DNA from: Leptospiraceae bacterium
GTDB taxonomy: Bacteria; Spirochaetota; Leptospiria; Leptospirales; Leptonemataceae
Length of the DNA stretch: 64,000 bases
NCBI GenBank assembly: GCA_040217195.1
Contig: JAVJNR010000004.1
Span: forward strand, 1-64,000
Reading direction: 5' to 3'
Positions 1 to 8,651 of the stretch are shown one piece after another. The position numbers were made by a program, and so were the translations under genes. How positions within the stretch are numbered: position 1 is the first letter of the stretch; each line of letters starts with the position of its first letter. The notes beneath the pieces are model-generated. The model saw nothing but the letters and a program-made list of their open reading frames with translations, did no database searches and was not told the DNA's origin.

Positions 1-29
1 TGGACTGCTCCAGTTTTTTCGGACACCTT

Positions 30-845
30 TCAGGCAACCCTTTGCATTTCAAACTGCTCCGGGGATATATTCCCCAGGTAGCTATGCTTCCTTCTACGAT
101 TGTAGAACAACTCGATATAGTTAAATATCCGATTACGAGCATCCTTGACGTTCTCGAACGATCGGCAGTTCAGTTCTTTCTTCATGCTGGCAAAGAAGGA
201 TTCCGCACAAGCATTATCCCAGCAATCTCCTTTCCGACTCATACTGGATAGAAACCCATATCTTCCCAGAGTCTGGCGGAATTCGTGACTGGCATACTGA
301 GAACCACGATCCGAATGAAAGATCAACCCGGAATGGATCCCTCTCTGAAGAGTGGCCATTTCAAGAGCATCTCTCACAAGCGAAGTCTCCATGTGCGGTT
401 TCATCGACCACCCCACAATGCGTCTCGAATACAGATCCTGAATCGTGCATAAGTAGAGCCAACGGGAGCCTGCACGCACCTGGGTGATATCAGAGACCCA
501 GACTTTATTCGGGCTTGCTGCATGAAAATTGCGCTTTAGAAGGTTCGGACTGATCGGGAACGAATGATTTGAATCTGTGGTACACAGTCGAAATTTCTTT
601 CGCTTTTTACCGGAAATTCCGGCCTTTTTCATAGCTCGAGCCACGGTCAGTCGGCTATAGGCATAGCCTTCATCCTTCAGCGCATCCCATAACCTGCGAA
701 GACCATAGCACCGTTCATGGAGATCATACAGGCGTCGCAGCTCGATAATCAGCCAGGATTCAACCGCATCAGGCTCTTTGCCTTCGATTTTCAAATGGCT
801 GTAAAATCCAGATCTCGAGACTTCCAGAAGTCTGGCCATGCGCAC
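30..845 (-). CDS. IS3 transposase OrfB (DDE integrase core)
   Basis: WVSDIT, HSDRGSQY, GDCWDNACAESFF and YNRRRKHSYLG motifs; the N-terminal junction with OrfA is out of the expected frame. Confidence 0.95.
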   Translation of the reverse strand: MRMARLLEVSRSGFYSHLKIEGKEPDAVESWLIIELRRLYDLHERCYGLRRLWDALKDEGYAYSRLTVARAMKKAGISGKKRKKFRLCTTDSNHSFPISPNLLKRNFHAASPNKVWVSDITQVRAGSRWLYLCTIQDLYSRRIVGWSMKPHMETSLVRDALEMATLQRGIHSGLIFHSDRGSQYASHEFRQTLGRYGFLSSMSRKGDCWDNACAESFFASMKKELNCRSFENVKDARNRIFNYIELFYNRRRKHSYLGNISPEQFEMQRVA

Positions 846-882
846 TACTGAAAACGTGTCTTTTTCATGATCTCAAAGCGCT

Positions 883-1167
883 TCAGTCGTCCCGGGAGAG
901 CATGGCCGCATACTTTTTTAAGATCGCATTATCCATCTTCAGATTCGCGTTCTCTTCTTTTAGCCGTTTAATCTCTTCAGCATCGTTTCCACGCCTGCGC
1001 GGTTCCGGCTGATCTTTTTGGTTCTTGATGTACTCCTTACGCCACTGCCTGAGAGTCCAGTAGCTGATACCCAGACCCTCTGCTATTTCACGTATGGATT
1101 CATCCCCTGTTAGAGTCTTACGAACGGCCTGTTCCTGGAACTCAACGGAGTATTTTGGTTTCTTCAT
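883..1167 (-). CDS. IS3 transposase OrfA (HTH)
   Basis: YSVEFQEQAV HTH start and LKEENANLKMDNAILKK leucine zipper; A6G slippery motif at 913-919. Confidence 0.93.
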   Translation of the reverse strand: MKKPKYSVEFQEQAVRKTLTGDESIREIAEGLGISYWTLRQWRKEYIKNQKDQPEPRRRGNDAEEIKRLKEENANLKMDNAILKKYAAMLSRDD

Positions 1168-1350
1168 CTTAACCTCCTATTCAGAGGTTGCCCAAATGGG
1201 CTGTCCACTATTTCTGGAGCAGTCCATATAGGCATCGCCGACGATGAAAGACACCAAAGCCTCAGCCACTAGCGGTGCATTCGCAGTACCACGAATATAT
1301 AACTCCCTGGCTAATCCGGGCCCATAGTGGTAAGCTGCACCTATTCCCAA

Positions 1351-1812
1351 TTAGAATGATGGAGCAAAGTTGCACAACTCCATATCCGCCACTTCGTATA
1401 CTTCGCCTTTTTGTATGCGCGCTACAGAATCTCTCTTTGTCAACCCTCCATCTGCGGGCCATACAATTTCTCCCGAAACGTCAGCAATCTTTCGGCCACT
1501 CAAGCTTCGTATTGCTTCGCTTTGCATTTCGACTCTCCTAAGCATCGTATCAGAAACAGACGGTAGCCAAATGAAAAAATAGGCCATTTCTTCTCCTTTG
1601 GGCCCATTATTCCAAGTGGCCGAGTCGAAATACTTGCAAACTGTCCCTTCGCAGCGCGGATGCACCGTTGCAATGGTAGGTGCTGGTGTGATACATTCCG
1701 AAAACTCAATTTGTTGATTGGCGGTGCCCAAGGGCTCCTTTGTGCAATAGAGGGCAGCGCAGCTCCACAAAGCGTAAAACAGTGCCATACTGGACCAAAG
1801 CTCTACTCGCAT
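1351..1812 (-). CDS. putative exported immunity protein for the upstream C39-like toxin
   Basis: GGAGGA RBS then ATG at 1812, 4 nt after the toxin stop; hydrophobic N-terminus ending in Cys. Function is inferred from position only. Confidence 0.6.
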   Translation of the reverse strand: MRVELWSSMALFYALWSCAALYCTKEPLGTANQQIEFSECITPAPTIATVHPRCEGTVCKYFDSATWNNGPKGEEMAYFFIWLPSVSDTMLRRVEMQSEAIRSLSGRKIADVSGEIVWPADGGLTKRDSVARIQKGEVYEVADMELCNFAPSF

Positions 1813-1816
1813 TCTC

Positions 1817-3540
1817 TTATCCTCCTGTTTCTGCGACCCACCGAAAAGTTCCGTTTTCAAAAGGATCCTTGTACCTATATCGAGGCCCTGAGGGATACTC
1901 CTTGAGCCTCCACCGACCCGGACGATCTGGATCTGGCTCAAATATCGGTGACTGGACTTGCCTTTGAAATGGGAAGGTGTCGGTTCTATCACTTCGCTCG
2001 GTTCTGTACGGCTCCATGTATTCGATTCTGTCGACAGTTCTCGATTCGTCTGCAGCTGCTAGAGCATTTGGGTGCAGCCCATTCGCTATTACGAAATGGG
2101 CTGAATTAGGATAGATAAAGCCGGTATCGGATTGATACATCACTGGTGCACCGGAATTGACGGCGGCTCGGACATTCGGCTTAGATTGACCAATGAGGCT
2201 TCTTAGCCTGATCTTCCCCACTTCCTGCTGGGTCATGCCATTTATTTTGGCCCAATCGCTGGACTGAAAATCTTGCATTACTTTCTCCATACTGGCCCTG
2301 TCCAGTGTCTTCACCGATCCTATCCCCATCAAATCACTGTTGTGCTTTGCCGGTATTACAGAGCCGTCAGCGGCGAGCTTCCGATTCGGATGATTGGGAA
2401 TAAGTGTGTGTTGGTTTTCGAACTCCATTGTAGACAGGTTGGGATCGACCAGCCCCAACTGTTTAAGAGAATTCACCAGCGACATGCCATAGCACTCGAT
2501 TGAATTTTTGCGCGAATTGGGCCATTCCGCCTCGCCCTGCTGGGACCCTATGTAGTTGAATTTTCCGGAACCCGTTTCGTTGCGGTCAGCCACATTGTTT
2601 CCTGGGCCTCCACGTTGGATGCTTTTATCTCCCATATCGGAGACAATTTGATAGAAAGCACTTCTATTCGCTTCGACATAGTTAACCGAACCTATTGCTT
2701 CGTCAATGGATTGCCCCGACGAGTTCAACACTTTGGATAATGCCCGATTATCCGAGAGCGTAATTTCGCGCCCGTCCTCGGTGACAATGGTAATGGATGT
2801 TTCGCCTTTCTTTCTAGTAATGCGTCCCTCTTTAAAGACAATATCCACTGGGACAGTATCTTTTGTAAGCAAATCTTTCAAGGCCAGCTCAGCGCTGGAG
2901 TAATCGCCACGGCCTGCCAACTTGTTCAGTGCCATTTCCATTGCAATAGCGCCGGGTGAAGACCAATCTTGCTGGCCCGCGAATACTGTCTGGCCAACCC
3001 GATAGGCGTCACCTTGCGCATTATGCACCACCACACCCTGATCCGTCACCAGATACGTATGGTTCTCCGCCACCTCGAAGTTATACACCTCTTCCGAGCG
3101 CGCATCCACATGCACTTTCGTTATGCGCAGAGTGCCCTTGTCCGTCTTGCTCACATCGCCGGGGCGTAGCTCTTCGGCTTTCACCCAGCAAGCAACCTGA
3201 AGAACTGCTTCGCAGTTCATTAATCGTACTGCCGCCTTCCAGTTGGCCCATTCAATATAGAACGGATGGCTCCAAGTGGTTTCAATTACAGTGCCATCTT
3301 CATATGCCAGCTGATAGATTTTATCTGCAGTTCGAATGAAGTTCTGCACCACCGGCTTGTATTTGCTGGCCACGGATGGCCGAATGCCGCGGAGGACAGG
3401 AAGTCCGAGAGCGGCCAAACTCGCCTGTCTTCTCATTCCATGGTAGAACCAGGTCTTTGGCGCGAACGTCTTCGACGTTCTTGTAGAATTGGCCCTCCTT
3501 CTCAAACGCACCCGGCGTGGACTGGTGCACTCTTACAAGC
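1817..3540 (-). pseudogene. orphan polymorphic toxin cassette: pretoxin HINT plus C39/papain-like peptidase tip; HINT frameshifted by a 52-nt insertion
   Basis: IETTWSHPF...WVKAEELRPGD...VYNFEVAENHTYLV...VVVHN; tip with ECYGMSLVNSL, AHFVIANG, IEYMEP. The HINT N-part (KNVEDVRAKDLVL) is in another frame (ORF 3321-3530). Confidence 0.85.
3362..3413. repeat. 52-bp GGA-hairpin mini-insertion inside HINT
   Basis: Separates ...GEFG from YKPVVQNF; contains GGCCACGGATGGCC and GGACAGGAAGTCC hairpins; identical to 44005-44056. Confidence 0.85.
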
Positions 3541-3600
3541 GGAATCGGTGGCGAAGCGTGGCTTCGCCTTTACCATACTCTCGCCTTTCAGTTGAGCCCG

Positions 3601-3780
3601 CTACGAAGCAATTACCGAAACCGTAAACATTCTCCGCGTTCTGATCATTTTCCCTGGCAGCAATTCTTTCCGGTACAGCGTTTTTCTATAGGCACCTCCA
3701 GACCGGGCAATGGCACAACGGAAGCGGGATCTTGTATAGAGATTTTTTCCCTTAGCAGCCGAAGCGGCTAAGGAGGCCAG
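3601..3780. repeat. 180-bp island repeat, copy 1
   Basis: Aligns without gaps to 17177-17356; the first 25 bp recur at 38877-38901. Confidence 0.9.
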
Positions 3781-4145
3781 ACCGCGCCGGGCGCGATCTT
3801 TGCTGAGAGCGATTTCTAAAATTGAAAGCAGATTTCTGGAAATGCAGGGGCTGGAAAACGCGAGCCTGCAAAAGGTCCTCCCCTGTTGAACCCGCTCTAA
3901 AAACTTCCAATTAAAACGCCAGGAGGGGTAAGCCCGATGGGGGGCGAGGCTCCACTGGAGCCTCGAGGAAGCGCAAACTTTTCGACTGCACTCAGAGTTT
4001 GGGGGGCCCGGCAAGGGGCACACTTCGAGCAATGCCGAGAAGTGTGAAATCGCCCGCTGCCCGGAAGGGATAGCGGGCCACTCCATCCACCGCCAGAGCG
4101 TGGTGCGGTCCCGCGCGCGGTGGGTGGAGTGCTTGGGTTAAGACA

Positions 4146-4308
4146 TTACTTGGGCTGCTTACTATCCTGATACATCTTCGGGGATTTTCGCTTCGATATA
4201 CTTCTGGAATGCTTCGAAGTTCATGCCTTCTGTTTCTTAGCTGATTCGATCGCGGATGGCTCGCATGCTGGCGACCGCATCAAAGTCTTTTTCCAGCTTA
4301 TTTGTCAT
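4146..4308 (-). pseudogene. small antitoxin-like protein (KDFDAVASMRxIRD), nonsense at codon 24
   Basis: In-frame TAA at 4237-4239 and a short 3' deletion relative to the paralog at 40012-40185. Confidence 0.65.
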
Positions 4309-4319
4309 AGAACAGCGAT

Positions 4320-4481
4320 CTATTTTCCGGACTTTCCCCTGGAGCTGCCCTGAGGAACGATCTTGATACTCGGACGCTCGACTGTTGGAGGATCTTTCAC
4401 GCCGCCCTGGCGGACTTTACCCTCTTCAAGGGGCAGCCGGTTATTAACGTCTTTTGCGATTTGTTTTTTTGCCTCGGACAT
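4320..4481 (-). CDS. 53-aa basic, Pro/Gly-rich micropeptide
   Basis: Homologous to 40196-40360 (PLxExKVRxGGxKxPPxxxRPxIKIVPQG conserved). Confidence 0.7.
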   Translation of the reverse strand: MSEAKKQIAKDVNNRLPLEEGKVRQGGVKDPPTVERPSIKIVPQGSSRGKSGK

Positions 4482-5151
4482 GGGAGGAACCTCTAGTTTC
4501 AGAATGCTGAACGGATGGCGGGCTGGCAACAGGAATTTCCAGACTTAAATCATCTGGCTGACGGGCAAAATATAGGAAAGGTACGTTGTACAGGTGGTTT
4601 CCGGTATCATTTGAATAGACCTGGACATCTTTCATTATGAGTTCCCGTTGCTTTTCGGAGTCCGAGTAGACGGAGACCGTGCCATAGTAAATCAAATCGA
4701 GTCTGTGGTCACGAACGAGAACCCAGCTAAAACTGGGACTCTCCACATTATGGAAGAAAGACCAGACATCCTCATCACCAAAATGCCGCGTTACCTTGAG
4801 CTTTTGCCCGACGCGGCTGATCCACTTATGGGTATGAATGTAGGTCGCAATAAACGAGATAATCACCCCGGTGGCTGCTGCTCCAAACACCTCGGCCGGA
4901 TTGAGCTTCTGCTCCTCGTCCAGCAATACATCGAAGAAAACGAAATCCGGAATACCCGAAAAGACCAGAGATAGAAGCCAGTTGAAGATTCCATACAGCC
5001 CATAGCTGAAGACAGCAAAAACGATGATCTCCAGGTAATCTTCCCAGTCCTTCCGGGGGTTACGACCGCGCAAGAGCCTGAACAGAGAACTTGCAATAAT
5101 TCCAGGAAGAAGCAGAAAGATAATACGAATTAGGAATCCGGTTACACTCAT
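4444..5151 (-). CDS. membrane protein with 3 N-terminal TM segments and a soluble C-domain (DUF6338-like)
   Basis: LLLPG N-terminal motif, hydrophobic segments, YYGTVSVYSD...RELIMKDVQVY; paralog at 40372-41031. Confidence 0.75.
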   Translation of the reverse strand: MSVTGFLIRIIFLLLPGIIASSLFRLLRGRNPRKDWEDYLEIIVFAVFSYGLYGIFNWLLSLVFSGIPDFVFFDVLLDEEQKLNPAEVFGAAATGVIISFIATYIHTHKWISRVGQKLKVTRHFGDEDVWSFFHNVESPSFSWVLVRDHRLDLIYYGTVSVYSDSEKQRELIMKDVQVYSNDTGNHLYNVPFLYFARQPDDLSLEIPVASPPSVQHSETRGSSHVRGKKTNRKRR

Positions 5152-5184
5152 AGAATACTCGCCAGAAATGAAATACGCATCCCC

Positions 5185-5460
5185 TCAGTCAAACAGGCTG
5201 TCTGACGTCCACGGATGGCCTCATGCGCCGGAAACCATGGACGGCCTGGAGACGCCTGACCCAGCTTTTCCAGCTGATCAAGCACAGACTTCTCCTCTTT
5301 CTTTGCCTTCTTCAATTTCTCTACCAGTAGCGAGATCAAGTTTATGGTCGAGGACAGTTACCCCTTTAACTTCTCCACTTTTTTTACGATCCTTCTGCGT
5401 AAGCTGCACGGACGGATCCGGAACGCCAGACCGATGCGGCTGCTGCCCTGCTCCGGTCGT
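5185..5460 (-). pseudogene. degenerate copy of the 41065-41457 coiled-coil gene
   Basis: SVQLTQKDRKK...KKAKKEEKSVL similarity, with frameshifts and a ~53-bp insertion. Confidence 0.75.
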
Positions 5461-5472
5461 GCAGGCCTCCAC

Positions 5473-5580
5473 GTTCGCCTTATTGCTGATTAATGACAAT
5501 AAGGCGAACCGGGGCGCTGAAAGTAAAAGGCCGCCTTATGGCTGCTTGATGACAATAACGAGCCCCGGGCGCCGAAGGCG
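5473..5580. repeat. pair of 37-bp inverted-repeat sites followed by a CGCCGAAGGCG hairpin
   Basis: GTTCGCCTTATTG-N11-CAATAAGGCGAAC at 5473-5509 (perfect 13-bp arms); degenerate duplicate at 5529-5565. Confidence 0.8.
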
Positions 5581-5637
5581 AATTCAATATCCAGACCATG
5601 GGGCGCCTCATTTCACCTCCCGCGAAGTACCTGCTCG

Positions 5638-5809
5638 CGAGCCAACGGCCTGGATTCCTACTGGTATTTCAGGTATCTGCTGGAAAAGTTAAGCTATCCT
5701 CAGAGCCGATCAGAATTTGAAGCGCTGCTTCCGCACCGGATTGATCCCAGCATCATATCCGAATATCAGAAGAACCAGAATTAGTCCAGAGGGAGGATTT
5801 GGCGCTTAC
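5638..5809 (+). mobile_element. IS66-family remnant (TnpC C-terminus and right end)
   Basis: Translates ANGLDSYWYFRYLLEKL...FEALLPHRI; ends GGCGCTTAC, the reverse complement of a GTAAGCG IS66-type terminus. Confidence 0.7.
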
Positions 5810-6087
5810 GGAGGTTCTCACAGCTCTCGCACCTCCTGCGCTTCGCTGCATAAGGGCATCCTTGCCCAAAAATGCCGCCGGAGGCGTGGGCGCCACGGAT
5901 GCCGAACATGGATGTTCCAATGTCGCCGAAGGCGAAAGGCCGGGCCAGGCGAAATAACAGTCCGCACCTGACTGTTGGAGTGTCAGAGCTATTACAACGA
6001 GGACCGGACTCATTCATCGATAGAGCCGGCGGGCGCCCATCGGTCGCGATCCGCACGCAAGATTAGCTCCGAATCCGTTCGTAGCCT

Positions 6088-6813
6088 TCAATCTATCTTC
6101 GGCAACGTACTCACATCCACAGTACTCTCATAACCGTTCCGGAGGCGCTCCTGGTAGGTTGCATCTTCAGCGATCATCGCCGCAAATCCCGGCTTATCCC
6201 AATAGCATTCGCCTGGCAATACTGGATTCTGATCTTGATACAACAGGCGGTAGTAATCCCAAATACAACTCCCATATGGGAAAAAATCTCCTGGATCGGC
6301 CCCGGTATCAACAAAGCGCAGGAAGTTCTCTGTAGTGAATCTAGTGAACTCGAATTTGTCATCACGCAACACCTGGTGGCGAACAACAAGAAACTTCAAC
6401 GCACCTCGGAAAAAGAGGAAAGCAACAGCAAGCCGTTCCCGGGTCTCCTGACCGGAGACACCCGCCCCGACAACCGCTTTCGACTTCCCACCAATGTAAC
6501 GTATCACCCGATCGATTGGGAAGTAATCACCATCAACCAGGTAAGGAATTGGCTTTTCGAAGGTAAGGTGCCCATTTGTATTCGGGTATTTCTCAACCAC
6601 TAATTCTGGGGCCATATCTCTCCTAACGAAACCACGCAACTCCACCAGGTCCAGAGTAACCGGCGGGCCGAACCTGGTTGTATCTTTCTCACGTGACTCT
6701 GCAGGCATGCCGGAAAACAGTAAAAATGCCGTTACCCCCAATGTAAATCTCCTGCTGCGCCCCAATCTACTTACAGTTCTCAATATGCTGAAAGCATTTC
6801 TCAAAAGCATCAT
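6088..6813 (-). CDS. exported putative immunity protein (lipase-toxin-associated family, member 1)
   Basis: GGAGG RBS, signal-like N-terminus, overlaps the toxin-fragment stop; close paralog of 37967-38668. Confidence 0.75.
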   Translation of the reverse strand: MMLLRNAFSILRTVSRLGRSRRFTLGVTAFLLFSGMPAESREKDTTRFGPPVTLDLVELRGFVRRDMAPELVVEKYPNTNGHLTFEKPIPYLVDGDYFPIDRVIRYIGGKSKAVVGAGVSGQETRERLAVAFLFFRGALKFLVVRHQVLRDDKFEFTRFTTENFLRFVDTGADPGDFFPYGSCIWDYYRLLYQDQNPVLPGECYWDKPGFAAMIAEDATYQERLRNGYESTVDVSTLPKID

Positions 6814-7130
6814 CGTATCCTCCGTCCAATTCATGGCCTGACCCGCTCCAACGGCCAGATTCCCCGTTAATATAATCGCGAACTCTTGAGGGATCTGTAT
6901 ACATCTCAGGCTGCTTCGAGGTATCTCTATGGGCCCAGGAGTCGTCTGGATTCCAATAATTGTGCCATTTCTTTACCAAATCCGTACGAATGGACTCGCG
7001 GTCCCTCTGGCCCGGAGCCGTCCCGTACGGGCCCGGCACATACTGAGCCCCGCCATACATGTATATCTCTGCATCGATATATTTCTGATGTATATAAAGA
7101 GCTCGGCCCACCACAACGGCCGCCTGACTA
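6767..7130 (-). pseudogene. C-terminal fragment of an alpha/beta-hydrolase toxin
   Basis: SQAAVVVG, MYGGA, YWNPDD, GSGH motifs parallel those of the 42619-44200 tip; 5' end truncated. Confidence 0.6.
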
Positions 7131-7210
7131 AGGATGTGCAGGAGGTGCGGAGCATCGAAAGGTTCCTAACGGGAGCCCAGCTACACGGATGTGGCCGGGC
7201 GAGCGTAACT

Positions 7211-8161
7211 CTACCCAAAGAACTCGGCGATTCTTTCTCTGGTTTCCTGATCTGGAAATTCCCCTCGGGCTGCATTCATATTGTCCAGAAGATGGTCGGG
7301 CTTTCCTGTTCCCGGTATGACACAGGTAACTGCAGGATGAGAAAGAATAAACTTTAGCATTGCATTGGACCAGCTCAGGATACCTGCCTTTCGCATCCAG
7401 GCTGGCAACTCCTGTCCCTGGACTTTCCTGAAAAGATCTCCGCCGCCAAAGGGACGGTTGATTAAAACAGCCACCTGCTTTTCCATGCAAAGTGGGAGTA
7501 ATTCCCTTTCTGCTTCGCGAGCCAGCACGTTGTAATTGAACTGGGCAAAGTCCACATCGTAATCATGAATGGCTTTCATTAGATTATCGTAGCCGCTCTC
7601 TGTATAATGGGTTATTCCTGTGTATCGAATCCGGCCGGTGGCTTTTAGCTCCTGCAAATAGGGCCAGTGAACTTCCAGGTCCAACAGATTGTGAACCTGT
7701 AGTAGATCGATTTCCTTGAGTAAGCTAAATGAATTTTGAATCTGCCTTCTGCCGGCTGTATCACCCTCGGTCCATACCTTGGTAGCCGTAAACAGATCCA
7801 GGGCCAGAGGGCTTTCCGGATCAAGGTTTCCCCGTAGTCGGCCTATCACTTCTTCGGCAAGACCATACATGGGGCTGCTATCCACCACACGTCCCCCCGC
7901 AGCATGGAAAAGCTCTAAAACCGTTCGTAGTCGAATCAAAGATTCAGGATCATCATGGTCGAAAGCCTGCCAGGTTCCCAGGCCCACCACTGGAATGGTT
8001 TCTCCATATCCCGGGATAGGTCGTTTTCTCAGTTCCTGGTCCGGTCTCGGAATTCCAAAAAGTTTTGATAGCTGCATGGGCTGAGTTAAGGTAATTCCAG
8101 CAGCCCCTCCGAGCAAGAGAAATCGACGAAGAAACTGGGCCCGGCTAAATTCGGAACTCAT
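7211..8161 (-). CDS. aldo/keto reductase
   Basis: VGLGTW, DSSPMYG.AE, ATKVW, IDLLQVHNL, VIPGT motifs; Tat-like N-terminal leader. Confidence 0.92.
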   Translation of the reverse strand: MSSEFSRAQFLRRFLLLGGAAGITLTQPMQLSKLFGIPRPDQELRKRPIPGYGETIPVVGLGTWQAFDHDDPESLIRLRTVLELFHAAGGRVVDSSPMYGLAEEVIGRLRGNLDPESPLALDLFTATKVWTEGDTAGRRQIQNSFSLLKEIDLLQVHNLLDLEVHWPYLQELKATGRIRYTGITHYTESGYDNLMKAIHDYDVDFAQFNYNVLAREAERELLPLCMEKQVAVLINRPFGGGDLFRKVQGQELPAWMRKAGILSWSNAMLKFILSHPAVTCVIPGTGKPDHLLDNMNAARGEFPDQETRERIAEFFG

Positions 8162-8444
8162 CCTATAAATGTATTCACTTCCAGACGATTGACCATCTCA
8201 GCTATACGGGAATTGAGTGCAAGGCCTCATAGGAGCATACACTTCGCGCCTCTGTTCGGCCGGGCAATGCTGAGAAGGTGCAGTGATCCATCAATCCTTT
8301 GAATGGATACCTCATTTCCTGCTTCATGAAAGCAGAAAGGGCATCGGCTCTGCTGCGGGATAACTTGAGGCCCTTCTGAATTTTTTCGGTTTTTTTCTTG
8401 CGCGACCATTGGTCAGGGGCTTTTGTATGAATATGGAAGTACGG

Positions 8445-8651
8445 ATGGCCAATGAACTGGGAATGAAGAATGTAAATTACTTCAAGCCATTGCAGAGCTC
8501 TCAGCCCACAGAGAATCCGGCTAACATTCCAGGAGTTCCCACTGCGGATCGCCAGCTGGCCGATCAAAGGCGAGCCATGACAGCGCTCAGTCCTAATGCA
8601 ACATCAGACCGATACCAGATAATCGGCGGCACAATAAACGTGATGGCCTGA
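8445..8651 (+). CDS. small hypothetical protein (start uncertain)
   Basis: Open frame in an otherwise empty interval, ending GGTINVMA. Confidence 0.5.
   Translation: MANELGMKNVNYFKPLQSSQPTENPANIPGVPTADRQLADQRRAMTALSPNATSDRYQIIGGTINVMA

Larger units (their letters stand above)
1..1226 (-). mobile_element. IS3-family insertion sequence, both ends present
   Basis: Terminal inverted repeats TGGACTGCTCCAG at 1-13 and CTGGAGCAGTCCA at 1214-1226 give TG...CA ends; they enclose orfA and orfB. Confidence 0.95.

Noticed and set aside
5717..6066. several overlapping short ORFs
   Set aside because: They are translations of GC-rich hairpin repeats and the IS66 end, with no protein-like signal.
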